A stretch of 63,980 bases of DNA, filler included, from Diploschistes diacapsis (taxonomy: Eukaryota), in assembly GCA_023645945.1 (NCBI GenBank). It is 8 parts of 8 records of this genome, joined end to end, with 100 filler letters (N's around TTAATTAATTAA, not from the genome) between each part and the next. Parts side by side here need not be neighbours in the genome. Positions count along the whole stretch, not along the records: positions 1 to 27,731 come from JALAIB010000159.1; 7 more parts are not named here. The stretch is one strand, 5' to 3'. Every line of letters begins with the position of its first letter. Within the stretch, counting starts at the first letter, position 1. Below, piece after piece: positions 1 to 14,500 of the stretch. Under the pieces are notes generated by a model. The model made no database searches. It worked only from the letters and a program-made list of their open reading frames with translations, and was not told the origin of the DNA. The position numbers and the translations under genes are program-made.

Positions 1-44
1 AGTGTTCCGCTTCGTGGGGTGTTCCGTTTCGTGGTGAATCACGT
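1..44. mobile_element. Right terminal inverted repeat of a pogo/Fot1-like (Tc1/mariner superfamily) DNA transposon
   Basis: Two 17-nt direct repeats (GTGTTCCGCTTCGTGGG / GTGTTCCGTTTCGTGGT) followed by GAATCACGT and TA at 45-46. An ACGT end, internal direct repeats and a TA target site are the layout of Fot1/Tan1-type TIRs. The rest of the element lies outside the window. Confidence 0.6.
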
Positions 45-512
45 TAGAGGGTTGTTTCTTAGGACTTACAGCGCTGAGTTATTACATAAGCTGACTACTT
101 ATTCCCCCTGCAGATAAAGGCCAGTCTGTAAAAGGAAAGGCTTTGATTACCTCGCTTAAGACAGCGGCGATAACAGAGTGTGACTAAAAGCCGGCAGTAC
201 ACTGTCATGCGCCCTCCGGATTCAGATTCGGTCGTTGATGACCTGGATCCTCTGTGGTTGAACATTGTTGTCTGAGCTTTTGTTTCAAACACTCGAAGCT
301 TCAAATACCCAATTCTACTTTAAATCACAGATAAGACGCAATCTGAACCGCATTACCAACTTAAATGCCCTCCGCTATCGACTACCCGCAGTTAGCTTCA
401 GCTCTGCAACCTTTTTGGTGACTTGCACCATCAACGGGAAAACAGCTACTATCTTGAACTAAAGTCGGCTTGTATTGGCCCTCGGATGATCTTGCGCTCT
501 TAACCACTCATC

Positions 513-1938
513 ATGGCCCACTCGCCATCACCTGGGCCATCCACCATGGCCAACCTCGGCGCCACGAACCGTCGCCTTTCTCCTTCCCCTCCTCTTCCTC
601 AACTGCCCCTTTCGAAGCGAGATAAGAAGCGTTCGCAGATCGAAAACAAAGTCAAAGAGCTACTCGCAGCGCGCCACGCGAACCGGGATGCAAACCTTCG
701 GGCACAGCTCAACGCTCTGTCAAGAGATATACACTACATAAACCGAGCTGACCTCTACCAGAACCAGCCTCTGGGCGATGGACCGGACGACCTCATGGCC
801 GAAGTAGCAAGTGTGGCAGCTTTTGGCACAGGCGAAGCAGAAATAACCAAAGTCCCTCTTGGAAAGAACGCAGCGCAGTTTGTAGACATGGTCAATGACG
901 CAATGGAAGAAAGGGACGCCAGTCTGACGAATGTTAATGTGAGTCTATCTGGCTGGATATCCATCTTCGGTTGTGTTCCTTTTGGCGCTAACCTTTCCGG
1001 TGCAGCTTCGGTTCAAGAAACAGCTCGAATACTTTAAGATGGAGCATGACTTCTCCCTCGAAGTAGCGGACGCCGAAGAACAGGCATTGAAAGAGGCGGC
1101 GCGAACCCGGTTGATGAACTCGGTGCAAGCCAAGAAAAGAGCTTTGCAAAAGGAAAAGGACAGCTTGGATTCTGCAGACTCGGTTGCGATATGGAATAGC
1201 TCTGGGTTCGCAATCACCCAACCAGCGAGTCCGGGTGGGGCGCACAGCAATCGCAAGACGCGGCACGGTCGACACTTGCGGCAAGATCAGGACAATCTCG
1301 AACCGGTTGAAGCGGGCAAGCGGAAGCGGAAGGCTGCGGCAGACATTGACCATGATTCCCCGGGACCCGGATCTCGAAGTCTGCTGGCAATCAATGGTAT
1401 CCCGTGGGACAAAAACAAGAGTATAATGGAAAACAACCTGGACGGCGAGGCCTCTGTGGAGAATTTCTTCTCTTCGCGAGAGTTAGCAGGCCACTGGAAG
1501 CAGGCCTACGCTGCTGTTGCAGAAGTTTGGGCCGGTAAGAGGCCGAAAGCGAACGGAAAGGCTCCCAACGGTGCAGCATCTCTGCCCAGTGGCGAACCTC
1601 GAGATCAAAATAAGCTCCAGCATCAAAGTGATGAAGAAGACGCTCAGGAGGAACCTACCGCTCTCATGGCGCCCGCGATGGACCGGACAGGAAGCCATGC
1701 CACTCGCTCGACACGAAATAATTTGATTGACATGACCTTACCCCGAGATAGTTATGACGGACTAAAAAATCCAGATCGGATATATGGACTGGCCGTTATG
1801 GATGCCCTGGGCATCAGATCGCAGAAACAGAGCAGCAACCGAGACCTCGAAGCACCCCTGACATCCTCACTCTCGACTCAAGAGATAACCGAAGACCGGG
1901 CGTACTTTGAACAAATGCTCGCGGAAGATACATACTAG
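513..1938 (+). CDS. SDS3: Sds3-like subunit of the Rpd3L/Sin3 histone deacetylase complex; exons 513-938, 1006-1938
   Basis: Intron 939-1005 (GTGAGT..GCTAAC..CAG) joins ORFs 513 and 973 in frame. LSKRDKKR...NRD..R.QL.AL..D...IN.AD and the following coiled coil resemble filamentous-fungal Sds3. Confidence 0.7.
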
Positions 1939-2551
1939 TGCATTGGACCCGGCGCAGTTTTAATTTTCGAGATACCCTTCTGTTTATGATGTGCAATGAT
2001 TGTTATGCGGCCTTACATTGATAGCTTTGATGGGATAAAGTGGCGCAAAGTGTTGCGCTCAATGCGAATCCCGGACCAATCGCGTGGATATAGGGAAGTA
2101 ACTTTGATCAAATCGTTTGGTCCTTGGGTTATGTTTCGATATAGCGATAAGACAAGCCAGGATCAGCTCATAAACTTGCTGATTTTTGTTCCAGCATGGC
2201 TTGGGAGGCTGTTTGGAGAAAGGCAGCAAGGGGTCGCAACGGGGCTGTTGCAAAATCTCGCTGCCTGTAGATACGCTATTCCATAAACAACGCTTTTCCG
2301 TTATGCCTTGGTAGGCAAAAACAGATTTTCCTGAGTGAAACATCGTCAGCATTGGTTCTGTTCGACAGCGATATACCGTTTGGTTTAGGGCAGATATGCA
2401 TTTTGCGTTGAAGCATAAATTGTACAACTTTGTGAAATTTTTATGCAGCTGCTTGGGACGCTCATCTATGATGGTAGATTCATAGATTCATCCATCTCAC
2501 CAGAGACTTGAAGTATTCGCTTTTGATCCTTAATCTAACATATACCTCAAC

Positions 2552-3802
2552 ATGGAAGGGCTTTTCTTCAACGTCTACGGCGGGTAGGAGCGCTTGTTCA
2601 GAAGTGCACGCTGTTTACTGACTTAGCTGCACAGCTACCTCGAGGGCATTGTCCGAGGTTACCGAAACACCTTGCTTACAGGCCAGAATTACAATAATCT
2701 TACGCAGTGCGAGACCATAGATGGTGAGCCATTCCCAGTACTTGAGAGACTAGGCCGCTCAAAGTTCACAGATGTCAAGACACAACTTGCGCCAGCTTAT
2801 GGCGACTTCCTTGCCTCGTTACCTCCGAATCCATCCACATCCTCCTTAGCCAACAAGACCACCGAGAAACTCGTCGCCGAATTCAGATACCTCCAAGCAC
2901 AAGCCACAGGCACCGCAGCAAAGTTCATGGACTATTTGACATACGCTTACATGATCGACAATGTCGCGCTGCTTATCACCGGGACACTACATGAGAGGGA
3001 CACCAGGGAATTGCTTGACAGGTGTCATCCCCTAGGCTGGTTCGAAACAATGCCCGTGCTCTGCGTCGCCACAAACATAGAAGAGCTGTACAATTCGGTG
3101 CTGGTGGAGACACCGTTAGCGCCGTACTTCAAGGGCTCCCTAAGCTATCAGGATTTGGACGAGCTCAACATTGAGATCATTCGGAACACGCTATACAAGA
3201 ACTATCTCGAGGATTTCTACAAGTTTGTGACAGAGCACCCGGAGCTCAAGGGCACACCAACGTCGGAAGTTATGTCGGAGATCCTAGAGTTTGAGGCAGA
3301 CCGTAGAGCGATCAACATCACACTTAACTCGTTCGGAACGGAGCTCTCAAAGGCCGAAAGGAAGAAGCTATACCCCGAGATCGGTCGGCTATACCCTGAA
3401 GGCATATTGATGCTGTCAAGAGCAGATGACGTTGACGGCGTTAGTGTAGCTGTCAGTGGCATCAGCGACTACAAGTCGTACTTTGATGCTGCTGGCTTGA
3501 ACCAGGGTGGCTTCGGAGCGGGCAACATGGCGGGTGGATCAGGAAGCGATGGCAGGAGTCTTGAGGATATGTTCTACCAGAAAGAGATGGAGATCTCGAA
3601 GTTGGCGTTCACAAGGCAATTCACCCACGCTGTGATTTATGCGTGGGTCAAGCTCAGAGAACAGGTAGGGCCTTCGCTTTTCTCTCTTAATGTGGCTTCA
3701 TTCTAATGTTCCAATCAGGAAATAAGGAACATTACCTGGATCGCGGAGTGTATTGCGCAAAATCAAAAAGACCGGATTGGCAACTACATCAGCGTTTTCT
3801 AA
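2552..3802 (+). CDS. VMA6: V-type ATPase V0 subunit d; exons 2552-2583, 2635-2723, 2772-3664, 3719-3802
   Basis: [57 protein letters not shown] and C-terminal [29 protein letters not shown]. Three canonical introns. Confidence 0.97.
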
Positions 3803-4423
3803 GGGGGAATGCAGGCACTTTTGCTGTTTGCTGTATAAATGACTTGTAGATTTTGATTCTTGCAATGCTAGGCGCTTGGGCCTTTCTGAGGGAGACTACG
3901 ACTATGAACGTCTTCAGCAGCAGTACGTTAGAAGATTGAGTACTGCTTTTCAGCTCCACAGTGAAAATCAATATGCAGATATGGCTGTGCGGGTTTTGTT
4001 GATAACGTTGTTCATGAAAGCTTTACTTGCGATTTTGTTGCCCCTTGCGACTCTTGCAGCTGATTGTTTAGTTGGTTGCTCTGTTTTGGTCTACCGAATT
4101 CTCTTACACGTGAGAACTTTACTTTGATTTTGGTATCAAACTACAGGTACCTGTTGTCCTTATTTGGTTGTTGCTGCATCAGTCACAAGTTGAAAAGGTG
4201 GACCCCGGCCTTTGCAGCAATGGCCACCACGGCATTAAAATGGTTCACCTGCGTGATCCATTCATATAGAACTATCCTAGCAGCCCCAATGAGCCTCTAG
4301 ACCTGCTATTTGAGCATCTCAGTTTCTGGCAAGACGCCTTGATAGACGAGAGAGACGAAGAGCTGCGTGATGAGGTTCTACAGGGAGCCGCAAGCGGACC
4401 CCGCGCCTCTATCAGATTGCCAC

Positions 4424-4951
4424 ACCAACGACCTTACCAATGGTGCTGTACACCCAGTCACGACCTATCTGGACAGTGGAGAGACCGGGATCAGCGGCCA
4501 TACGAATCGTCTTGACGGCACTGTCACAGTCAGTTCGTCCGGTGGAGAAACGTGCTGGGCCAACGACCTTGTCAATTGCCCCCTCAACATAGTCACGATC
4601 TATTTGGTCGTTGTAGTAACCTCGACCAACAACCTTGTCAGTGGTTCTGCTAGCGCAGGCTCGATCTACCTAGCCGTTGAAAGAACCCGGGACCAGCGAT
4701 CTTACCAATGGTCCTGTCCGCGCAATCGCGACTTGTCTGGTCATCCGAGGAACCTAGACAGAAGACTTGCCGTTATTCTCATCGACGCAGTCGCAACCGC
4801 TGCGGGCAAAAAGGGAACCCGGTAAATCTCTTTCCTCTGGACCTTGGACGCACTCACGACCTCCATGGCCTTCGAAAGATCCCGCACCCAAGACGTTATC
4901 AATGGCCTTGCTGACACAGTCACGACCTATTTGACCATTGGAGGAGCCCGC
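4424..4951 (+). repeat. Diverged tandem repeat, about 8 x 66 bp, inside a frameshifted ORF remnant (~4240-5182)
   Basis: Units translate as TNDLTNGAVHPVTTYLDSGETG / ANDLVNCPLNIVTIYLVVVVTS / TNNLVSGSASAGSIYLAVERTR / TSDLTNGPVRAIATCLVIRGT* / TQDVINGLADTVTTYLTIGGAR. The span is 528 nt = 8 x 66. Confidence 0.7.
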
Positions 4952-5599
4952 CAAGTCTGTCCCTTCCGACCTCTTGATGCACCAGGCTACAATTGCACAG
5001 AAGCGCAAAGTACTACAGAGCCTCTTCAAGATGACGACGAGAAACGGCCTGAAAAAAAGAAGAGGACAAGCGGAGCCATAAAAAGAGCAAGGGGCATGAC
5101 ATCTCTGGTGGTCAGGTTGGCTCTTTGTCGCAGAGAAAAGTCGCCCCATGAGAAGAAGCCCGCGCAACCGCTAAGTACCTAGCGTTGCCGTTTGAAGATT
5201 TCATAGCGAGTCTTAGTTTTCTATTTATAGAGAACTTCAGACTAGGAGACTTGATTTTGATAAGGACGCAAGGCTGTGGGAGAACGGAACGAGTACTCAG
5301 CTTTGGTTAAGTTACACTGGGTGCAAAAAATAGCTCGAAATTGCAAGGTAGTATAGATTTTTTAAATGGGCTTCAACCCGAAGTCGTCGAACATCCCCCC
5401 CTCAAAAAGATATGCATCATGTACAAATTAGTCTACTCCAGGCGCATACCCTACTCCAATCACGTGCTGTATTTCTTCATGCTCGGTTTTTAGCGGGTAA
5501 GCACTCAATGATTCAACCCGCTCAAGGTGAATTCATGTTGAAACCTCATTCACGCATTCCCTGAGGACTCGAAAAAGTATATAAACTTGGCCACCCCTC

Positions 5600-8500
5600 A
5601 CCTTCTTGCATATTTCCAATCCCACTCTTTCCAATTACATGGAATACCTATACAAACCCTGTCACTTTTCTTTTTATTGAACCTCACTTGTTTCAACCTA
5701 TCACAGCTCTTTCTTAGTATATGTATCCACATGTGAAGTATATCTTCTTCTTGTCTATCAGCACTTCACCGGAGAATCGACTAGTCTATATAAACTACCT
5801 CTATCGACTCCGGGACATCAAAACCATTATCCAATGGTATTGCGGGGATCCTTAGATTCAGTTGAGCCAAGAGCCAATCAGACTCGCGAAACAATCAACC
5901 AGGATGAGGCAGCTTAGATGTATACACTAACAAGCCCTGCGGTTGGGATCGCCTAGTACCTTTGACTGTGGAGTTCACCAGAGCCCATCAGGAATTTGTA
6001 CAGCTAAGAAATGAATTTGAGGGTAAGTCACAGCAAACACTCGGAATACTCGCAGCTCGCAAGGAGCGTCTTGGCCACTGAATTTTTTGCAAATATCAGC
6101 AGGTGAAATCTGTTGGGATTTTCGGAATTTAACCGCACGCGAAGATAGCCGATCTTGGTATAGTGATGCACGCTGCTTTTCTTAGAGATCCCAGCAATGA
6201 TTCGAAGATCATCTGCTGTTCCACTCACTATGGAGGGAATACAGCTGCTGCACCTGATAGTCTATGGCTGTACCTATACATCGAAGTCTCGAGATTTTCC
6301 TGACGCGACTACTCGCAGATAGACAAGTGCAGCCATACAGGCTGTCGAATCTATCAGCAAATTCTACAGATGATGTCTGCTGGAGGTGGTGTCAGATCGA
6401 ATACTACGGATATAAAATAGGGATTTCCTCTAATTGAAAATTTCAACCGCGGCTGACATCTACAATGATCTCGAAAGAGCAGGAGTCTCTAGGTATTTGT
6501 GAGAAGAACGTGGAGTGGTTGTAAGTAGAAGGAAAGAAGAGGCTGGACGGACTCGACGTAGTGAAGACTAAGAAATCCGACAGCATTATACATATATACG
6601 GTTATTTTTTTGGCACTCGATGGACTATGTCTCGATATCAGATTTCTAAGCAATAGCAACAACAGCAGGTTAATCCTTTATTAACTCAAACCCAATCTAT
6701 AATAGACATCCCCTCGATAGATGAAATATGTTTCTTCCCACAAACACTCACTCACATGGTACAAAGGCTCGGATCCAGAGTGCCAGACCGGACGCTTCAG
6801 GAGACCCATCCTCAGCCGGGCTTTTGGACCTCCGAATGCACCTATAGCCAGTACTTTTGGGGTTACAATAATAAAATACATACAGCAATATCCTCAGAGA
6901 GTTTCAGGGGACATTGAAGATAAGCAGATCGTTATGGGAGTCTTGGAGCCTATAGATATATCTATGTACAATAGACCCTGGTCCCGATAACACGACCCAG
7001 ACAGCTATGCATGACAGCTTGAGATTCAGCAACTGGAGAGTCTAGAAGCTTCTAGGTTTTATAGCTTCGCTTCTGACGAAGAATGCCAAAGCAGGAGTTT
7101 CCAGAGACCAAGTGTCTTTTTCATCATATCCTGATTCTAACAAAGTCACTTCTCGTTAAGGCTGAAATCAACCTCTTCCATCGATGCCACAGGAAGCCAT
7201 TAGGTCTCAAACCACGCATCTTCGGCAAAAACATAGACACTCAAACATTTCTTCTGAGCTACCAGGTCGAGCCTGATAAGCTGCCCGTACCTATACGAAC
7301 TGGTGAAGGCGTTTTCAGTCATGGCAGATGGTGGATTGGCTCGATAAAGGTCCTGAACAAGCACCTGATGAAGGATGGGGTAGTTCTACTGGAATCTCAA
7401 GAATGTGATTGGCTCTATCGGATTACTAGTCACGTTTCGCACAACAGCTGGAGCAAAGTCCACTTTATGTACCGCAACTAAATCCAAGGTTACCTCGCCT
7501 AGCTCGATTCCAACTTCCCTCCATGCATGATCCGCTTATCGTCAGAGGCGCCTGAGGCTGCAAAAATCTACGAGCATTATACCTTGAATCGCTAGTATCG
7601 GATACCCCTGGTCCAGGTTAGATTATTCTTCGACTTCGATCCATTACCAGCCTCAGGTCTCATTCTCGAGTAACTTGGTCTAGGAATCACCTACTTTCTG
7701 GCGCTACGAAACTTAGAATCCTAGTCCTATGGCAGTTATAATCTGCTACTAGGAGTAAGATCTAGGACATTCACGGCTTTATTTCGGTACCTATATGGAA
7801 TGCACCGTTACGGGGGCTTTTCTGCCACTATGGGGGCCACTCAAGATAATAGAGGTGAGAGATATCCAAGCAGACAATGAAGACTCGGAAGTGAAAAACA
7901 AAATGGAAGACAGAAGCGAAGAAATCCGAAGAAGGGAACAATGAGCCTGCATACCTAATCATGAAGCTCTCTTGTGCTTTGCTACTAAAGCGCCTTTCGT
8001 TCTCCTACAGATTTGATGCTGCTCTCCGCGCAAGCCAAGAACTGCACTACTATGTATAGTGGATCACCTCCAGACTTTCACGGACACGGCAGGATACAAG
8101 CTATTTTCCGCAATCTTTGAACCCGAGCCACTAATACTATGATTATTCATTGATCTTTTCATCTTCTTCAGCCCGAGCACAAGAGTGTTTATCTGGCACA
8201 CAGTCAATTTCGAAAAATTAACGCCAGGTTTTAGCACAACAAATTGCCTAATCAGCAGATACATCTCCTATCTTAAGAACTCGTCGATCTACTTAGTAGC
8301 CGCTAATCATTGCATGGTCTGAGACTACGTCACGTCTTACTTAGGAATCATTGACTCTTCTGCCTTCGATCTAGGTCTGACATAGCTATCATCTCAAATT
8401 CGTTTTTAGGTTGCTAAAAACGGTTGAGCGTATATATATAATCTATACCTCTTCTCACGACACGCTAAACGCAATAGAGGAGTGCGGATTGGGAACTTGC

Positions 8501-11500
8501 GCATCGTTGAAGGAAATTCCAGCACAGTAGCGAGGATGTCAACGATTGAGAATGCCTTGATATACCAGGGAGAGGATACTAGCCTATCTCGTTGATAACC
8601 AAAGGTCTTCTGGAACATGTATACCGGCTCACATTTGGATCATGATTGCGCAGGGGACAGAGCATGACAGTCGCTTGGGGCTCCAGTTTAAAGGCAAATT
8701 TGGCGGATCTTTCTGATCCGTGCGCCGAAGATGACGGCTGCAGGTCTCTTGGGAAACCCATAAGCTGGGATGACTAGCACTCAGACCTGATGGTAGCCTA
8801 AACAGACAGACGACACTCATAGGATGCCGCCTCCTCATCCAGAAAGCAGTAGCCTCCGCGGTCAGGGTCCGGGCGCGCTCCGGGGCCGTTGGCGCTCGTT
8901 CAGCTTTCATACTCAACTCTAACGCTGAAATTTAGACAAAAGGAACTTGTCAATACAAAGGAATGCTAGTGGATCTTTCAATCACGCAAGTCTGCATCAC
9001 ATAGTTTACCTGGTGTTACTATCACATAATGACAGATGTCTCCAATTCTAGGCATGTTTGATCGAGATCAAAACATCCTTTGTGGATTGAATTATAAGTC
9101 TTCTGTGTATCTGGCCTCCTTCACATAATGAAAATCTTCCGTGCAAGATCTTCAAGTCAGGGCTCTTCCCTGCTTAAATTAAAAGAATATCATGAGGAGA
9201 AAACTTCACGGCCGGGCTCTTCATGTGTGAGGTGGATCTACCGAAGCCTCTGAAGCGCCACTTCTTCAAACCAGGTTGAGTTATAAGAACTGGCAACGTT
9301 TCCCCGAGAAAACCTGGTACAATTTTGCTTATAAGTAGTACTTCGATTGCGTCTACAAGTACTCACACGCAACGTCTCTGCTAGTGCTGGCTTAATGGAT
9401 ACGCTTGAAATCAGTTTTAGAAGATATCAACATTGATAATAGGCTTGTGGAGCACAGCTCACGTGAGGAGAAATTCTTTAAGGCTCGATCAACTGCGAAT
9501 GATATCGAACATCTGGTCCCCTTCGCTCGAACACTACAGTTTGTCCTGGTATCATTTCGAGTTGAAGGTAGGTATGGGGCCTTTCTACCCAAGCCTGATC
9601 GAGCAACGGCCTTCGACTTTGAAGGTCTAATACTGGAAGATGGTCCCGTGTGCACACTATTGAGAATAGGACGTGGTCTGCAGATGATGAGAAGAGTAGT
9701 GGAATGAAGTTTGTTCCGCAGCCGTGCAAAAGAGGAGATGTACGAATTTCACGACCCAAGTTACCGCATGGGGCTACGAAGGCCAAAAATGTTAGACGTA
9801 CTATACTTCCCTGGTAGGTAGGGGTGCAAGCGGACCACCAAGGCCTGGATATCGGCGGGGGCTGGACTTGGGAACAGCTATCTTCCGCCCATCGAGATTT
9901 GATAAGACGGTCTCGAGCAAGCTATAAGAGACTACTGGGAGTTCGAGGACCCTCTAGAATTACCAAGCAGCGTCGTTCCTTTAGGACTAAAAGTAATCAG
10001 TCGCGCAGGGTTGACAATAATCAGTATGGATATCGACTCACTTGAGGCGAAAGGGAGACCGAAGCAACCCCTCCCTACCGCAGCCGGTTACCTTGCCCCA
10101 TTTTTGAGGGGACTGAATTGGGTAGTCAGAAAGTGTTATCTTATTGGTGATGCGTTCGCCCGTTACAATCCCCAGTTCTCAAGCTGGGGCTTTGCTGCCA
10201 AAAGTGCACACATATTGATAGGTCGATATATTAAAGTTCGTGGATTACACAATTACTACTACAATCGAAAAGTTGCATCTCGGTGCTATTCAGAAACCAA
10301 ACATCTTCTAGCCATATATGTCAGCATCAGTCAAGGTGCGGACCGCACTGCCTCCTGGGCTATTGATGACCCCGGAAGGCACTGGACTTAGGCAACCTGG
10401 GCCTGTCCATAGATCTGTATAGAATCAAAATGACAGCACAGCGGGTTTGTCGGCGCAACCCGGGTCTAATTAAAGTAGGTCTGCTGAGTCCGTTACTACA
10501 CACACCTACAGGCTTGTGCCGGGTGATATGCCTCTTCCAGCCATATACGAGACTGGATGATTACTTGGTTGAGTTTTCGGTGTGACAGTTGGGCCGTGAG
10601 ACTTCATCCGTACCATACGAAGATCATCCAAGAAGAAGGATATCAGTTACAAGCTAAATCTACGAGAGACAGGTTTGCTGCTTTTCTTGAGCGGGAACTA
10701 TAAACCTACGGTAGGCGACAGCTTTCACGAACGAAGCTTAGCTAGCTGAGTTGTTGCTGACAATACTTATACTTCATGATCTAGCAAAGGAAGAAGTGGA
10801 GGTGGGAGCGTGACTGGCCTATACACTCTTTAAGACAACCTTCTCAGAAAAATCATATCTGGGATGCGGATAAAGAATGAGTAGCCAACTTCTTAGATGG
10901 AAACTATATGCCACAACCTTACAAGAGAGGGAATATTGGAATCTTGCAAGCTAAACTTGCCCCCATGGAGTGATAAATCGAAGCTTTTACGCCTAGGTCA
11001 TCTTACCCTATTGTACAAGAACCTCAAAGAGGTTGCAGGTGGTACTATTTCTGTTTACCGGTTCTTATTAGGAATTGCGAGCACTTACCAAGATTTCAAA
11101 ACGGGAGTTTTACTTTCCGAAAAGCCTCCATAAGATTCCTTAGAACCGTCCGATACTGGTCCCCTCATCCTGTCCAAGTTTTCTGGACTGGAAACCATAA
11201 GAATTGTATTACCCCAGGTCTGGGTTTCTGACAATCCAGACTGTGGCACGTCGTTCAATCTCCTACAGGCATCTGGCTCTGGAAATGGCCACCTGGCAAT
11301 CGTCCTGGTAAATACAGGACAAACTCGGAGTACGGAGCGATGCGCCTAGAAACATGAAATAAACAAGGATTCTTATCCGCAAGCTTTGCAGCACATCACT
11401 ATATCCTCCATAATTGGACCTCAAAGTGCAGAGAGACCAAATGGACCTTCGAGGACGCCTTTATATTCTAGGGGGTGTCCGAAAGATTTTTTTCAGAATC

Positions 11501-14500
11501 GGGCTACTAAGTTGACATGACTGGAAAGAATACTAGATCTGCGATGTTGAGTGGAAAGAGCGATTGATCCTAGCCTTGCGGAAGATCAACAGGGTCAGGT
11601 TGGACATCGATCGATAGTAAAGCTCAATCTATACCGCGTCAGGTATGAGTTCCGTGGCGAAATTAATCGCTTACCAGAGACTTCTCCGGCTTCCTTATTC
11701 ACGCCTGAAATCCATCAAATCTGGTCGGTTAAGAGTAGAGGCTAGGTAGCACGGAGCCCAATCCAACATTTCCGCCTATTCCCTCTACGTCTACGACCAG
11801 TTGACACTCGCAGTTACTGGTACTTATCCGCCGCGTTCGAGGCCCCAGGTGCCACCAGAAATCGTCTAAATAAGGCTTCACGAGGCTTTTAAGTTACAGC
11901 ATGCGTCAGCGTTAAACAACCGAGATGGAGAAACTCTATTAAGTAGGATCTTTGAGTGGTTATAACTTAAATAAGCCGCAATTGCGAGAACCATTTAGTA
12001 CCTCAACCCACCATCACTGGTCCCAGCACCGGCTCGCGTTCGTCGAGGCCTGTCCCTCCAATGCCCGCTCATGTGGATGCTAGGTGTAGCGGGCCGAATA
12101 CCAAGCGCTGTTCCGTTGTGGGCAGGACAGATCTGCGGCGAGCAGACAATGGACTACGCGTATGGAATCAAATACGTGATCAAGAGCATCTTGTGCACAG
12201 ATCGCTCCAACGGCCCGGCAAAATAGCAACAAACCAAAACTGGAAGCGACAAAATCAGCGGCAATAAAAAGAACAGCCATTAAAAAACACCGCAGGCAGT
12301 TCATACTAGCGAGAGTGCCTATGGCTGGCGAAGGCCGCACATACCTAAGCGAAGCAGGTCGCTGGAACGCAGCAAGAAGGGTCATACAGGCAACCAACAC
12401 TGACATAGTGAGCAAGTATGACAGATACCAACTCCAAGACAGGTACCGATGCCTTCACAATATAATGCGAGATGGGACAGCTAGGATAGGCTGTAATGCT
12501 TAAGCCTAATCTTATCATATGACTACGGTTTGTGTCTCTTCCGTGTCTCTGGAGCGGACATGCATACTATAAGACTTCCCACTTAAATTTCAATAATTTA
12601 GGAAATCCCTACATGCGATCGTCTGAAGCAAGACTATAGATTGACGACGATGAAAATAAGAGGAGATCGACGGCCATGAGAACAACAGGCACGATTAGTC
12701 CGGGGCTATATCATGAGAGGCAGCGCGATGACACCAAGGCCGCAACTACCGTACCTCTTCTTATCCTTGCCCAACTGAGAATTGCCCTCATTGTAAAGAA
12801 GGGCTGGGTATATAGTTACCATGGAAAGACTAGTACAGGAACTACTACTTCCCAAACCCCAAAAAACCAGGAGCCAAAGGGCACAACTGATATACCTGTT
12901 GAAAACCAATAGCTAGTCTCCTATCCCTACTATACAAAGAGGAGGATGCCGGCGAGCAAACACACTTTCGCGCCATATCGATGCGAACATACGCCAGATG
13001 GATGAAAACAAGCGTGGCATGAATATCATCCGAGGTTCAATGCCAATCGTTAAGGAACAGAAAGACAATTAACCCGAAATTCCATTGGCATATATAAACT
13101 ACTCCCGCAGTAATAGGAAAAATCCAAAGGCCGGCAGATGAAGAGAATAGTTATTCTAAAGAATAGACCGGCATAAACATTCGGACAAGACAAGATAAAT
13201 CAGAAAGTGGACTCAAGTTCATGCTCCAGCCATGTGGGGTAAGTGATGTCCGAATCTCAGAACCAGAGCTTTCTCATGGCGCTATGAAAGTCGGGCGTTC
13301 TCGAAAGACTGCTTCCCTGCCTACGTTTCGCATTGTGAAGCAGGGACGGATGTCTAATAAATGTAAGCGAAGGGGACAGGAACCACTGCTCCCGAAACAG
13401 AGGGTGCAACTAGAGAAGGGCCTCAACTGCTCTGACTCGTACGTCCCGAGACCCGCTGCCTGTTCTTGTTGGGGGATGACAGACACCGTGAAAGAGTGAG
13501 CACCGGCTTGTCCGCAGGCGACGCTCGACAATTATGGAGCTCAAGTATGAGACGGGGCCTTTCTAAAGGATGATGTAATCCGGCGATAAATATAACGATC
13601 AAAGGAATTTTCTGAGTGTTACACAAAGGTGATAAGGGTATGGATGGCATTGAGAATGTATCAGCTCCTGGTCAGGTAAAGCAACGTTCAAAATATCGAC
13701 AGATAAGTACCCAACCAGGTGGGAAGCGGCGCAGGAAGTAGCAGAGAATAGGAGTTGCTATATATGACTGAGGGTCGTCGCCGTGTCGCCCGCGTTATTG
13801 GGCAAAGACGATATCCACAGGCACAGTATTCTCCGTGCTAACGGAAGGTCAGCTAGGATCAACGACAAATTCCATGGAAATAGATTGCAGCTTGCAGGGC
13901 GTCCACATCATGGAGGGCCGGACACGTGGCGAATGATAGGTAAACTCTTTACAAATCTGAGTAGAATTCGCTAACCAAAAGCGGTTACGCAATAAGAAAT
14001 GGCACAGGCTTTTGACCGACTATCTCGGTCTGGTAGCTCATAAAAGTCAAGATTCAAAATTACGCCTCAAGCGAAACAGAAAGGCAAGCATAAAGAGGTA
14101 CAGACGGAAGCGAGCTTGAACTGGTCTCGCCCCCGCGCTATAGGCAACGTGGATGTCATATAAGCTCTGCGTAAAGTATACAGATTCGATACAGGAGTAC
14201 AATCATGGGGCTCGAGTGAACCATGGCTTCACGAGGTCTCAAAGGTACAAAATGGTCCTACAGAGGAAACCGTCGATTACAGACCTACCTAAGCTCGCAG
14301 CTCTAGGACCGCTGCCCACACCTCGCTATATGAAATAGGAGTTGCTGTATGTACCACGTGGATATTATATTGACCCTGCACTCAACATAAAGCAAGAGCA
14401 GCCAAGGCTCTGGCGGGTGACAACTTCATCACCCCCCGTGGAACTGAAACAGGATTGGAGTGCCAGATGGCCGCTTACTATAAGTCCATTGGCAGTGCAG

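Noticed and set aside
4424..4951. CRISPR-like array (also considered for 14110-14884 and 54174-54817)
   Set aside because: Eukaryotic context, whole units diverge with no constant repeat plus unique spacer pattern, and no cas genes.
5313..5340. TA-CACTGGGTGCAAAAAATAG resembling a Tc1/impala TIR
   Set aside because: No convincing inverted partner or transposase remnant was found nearby.
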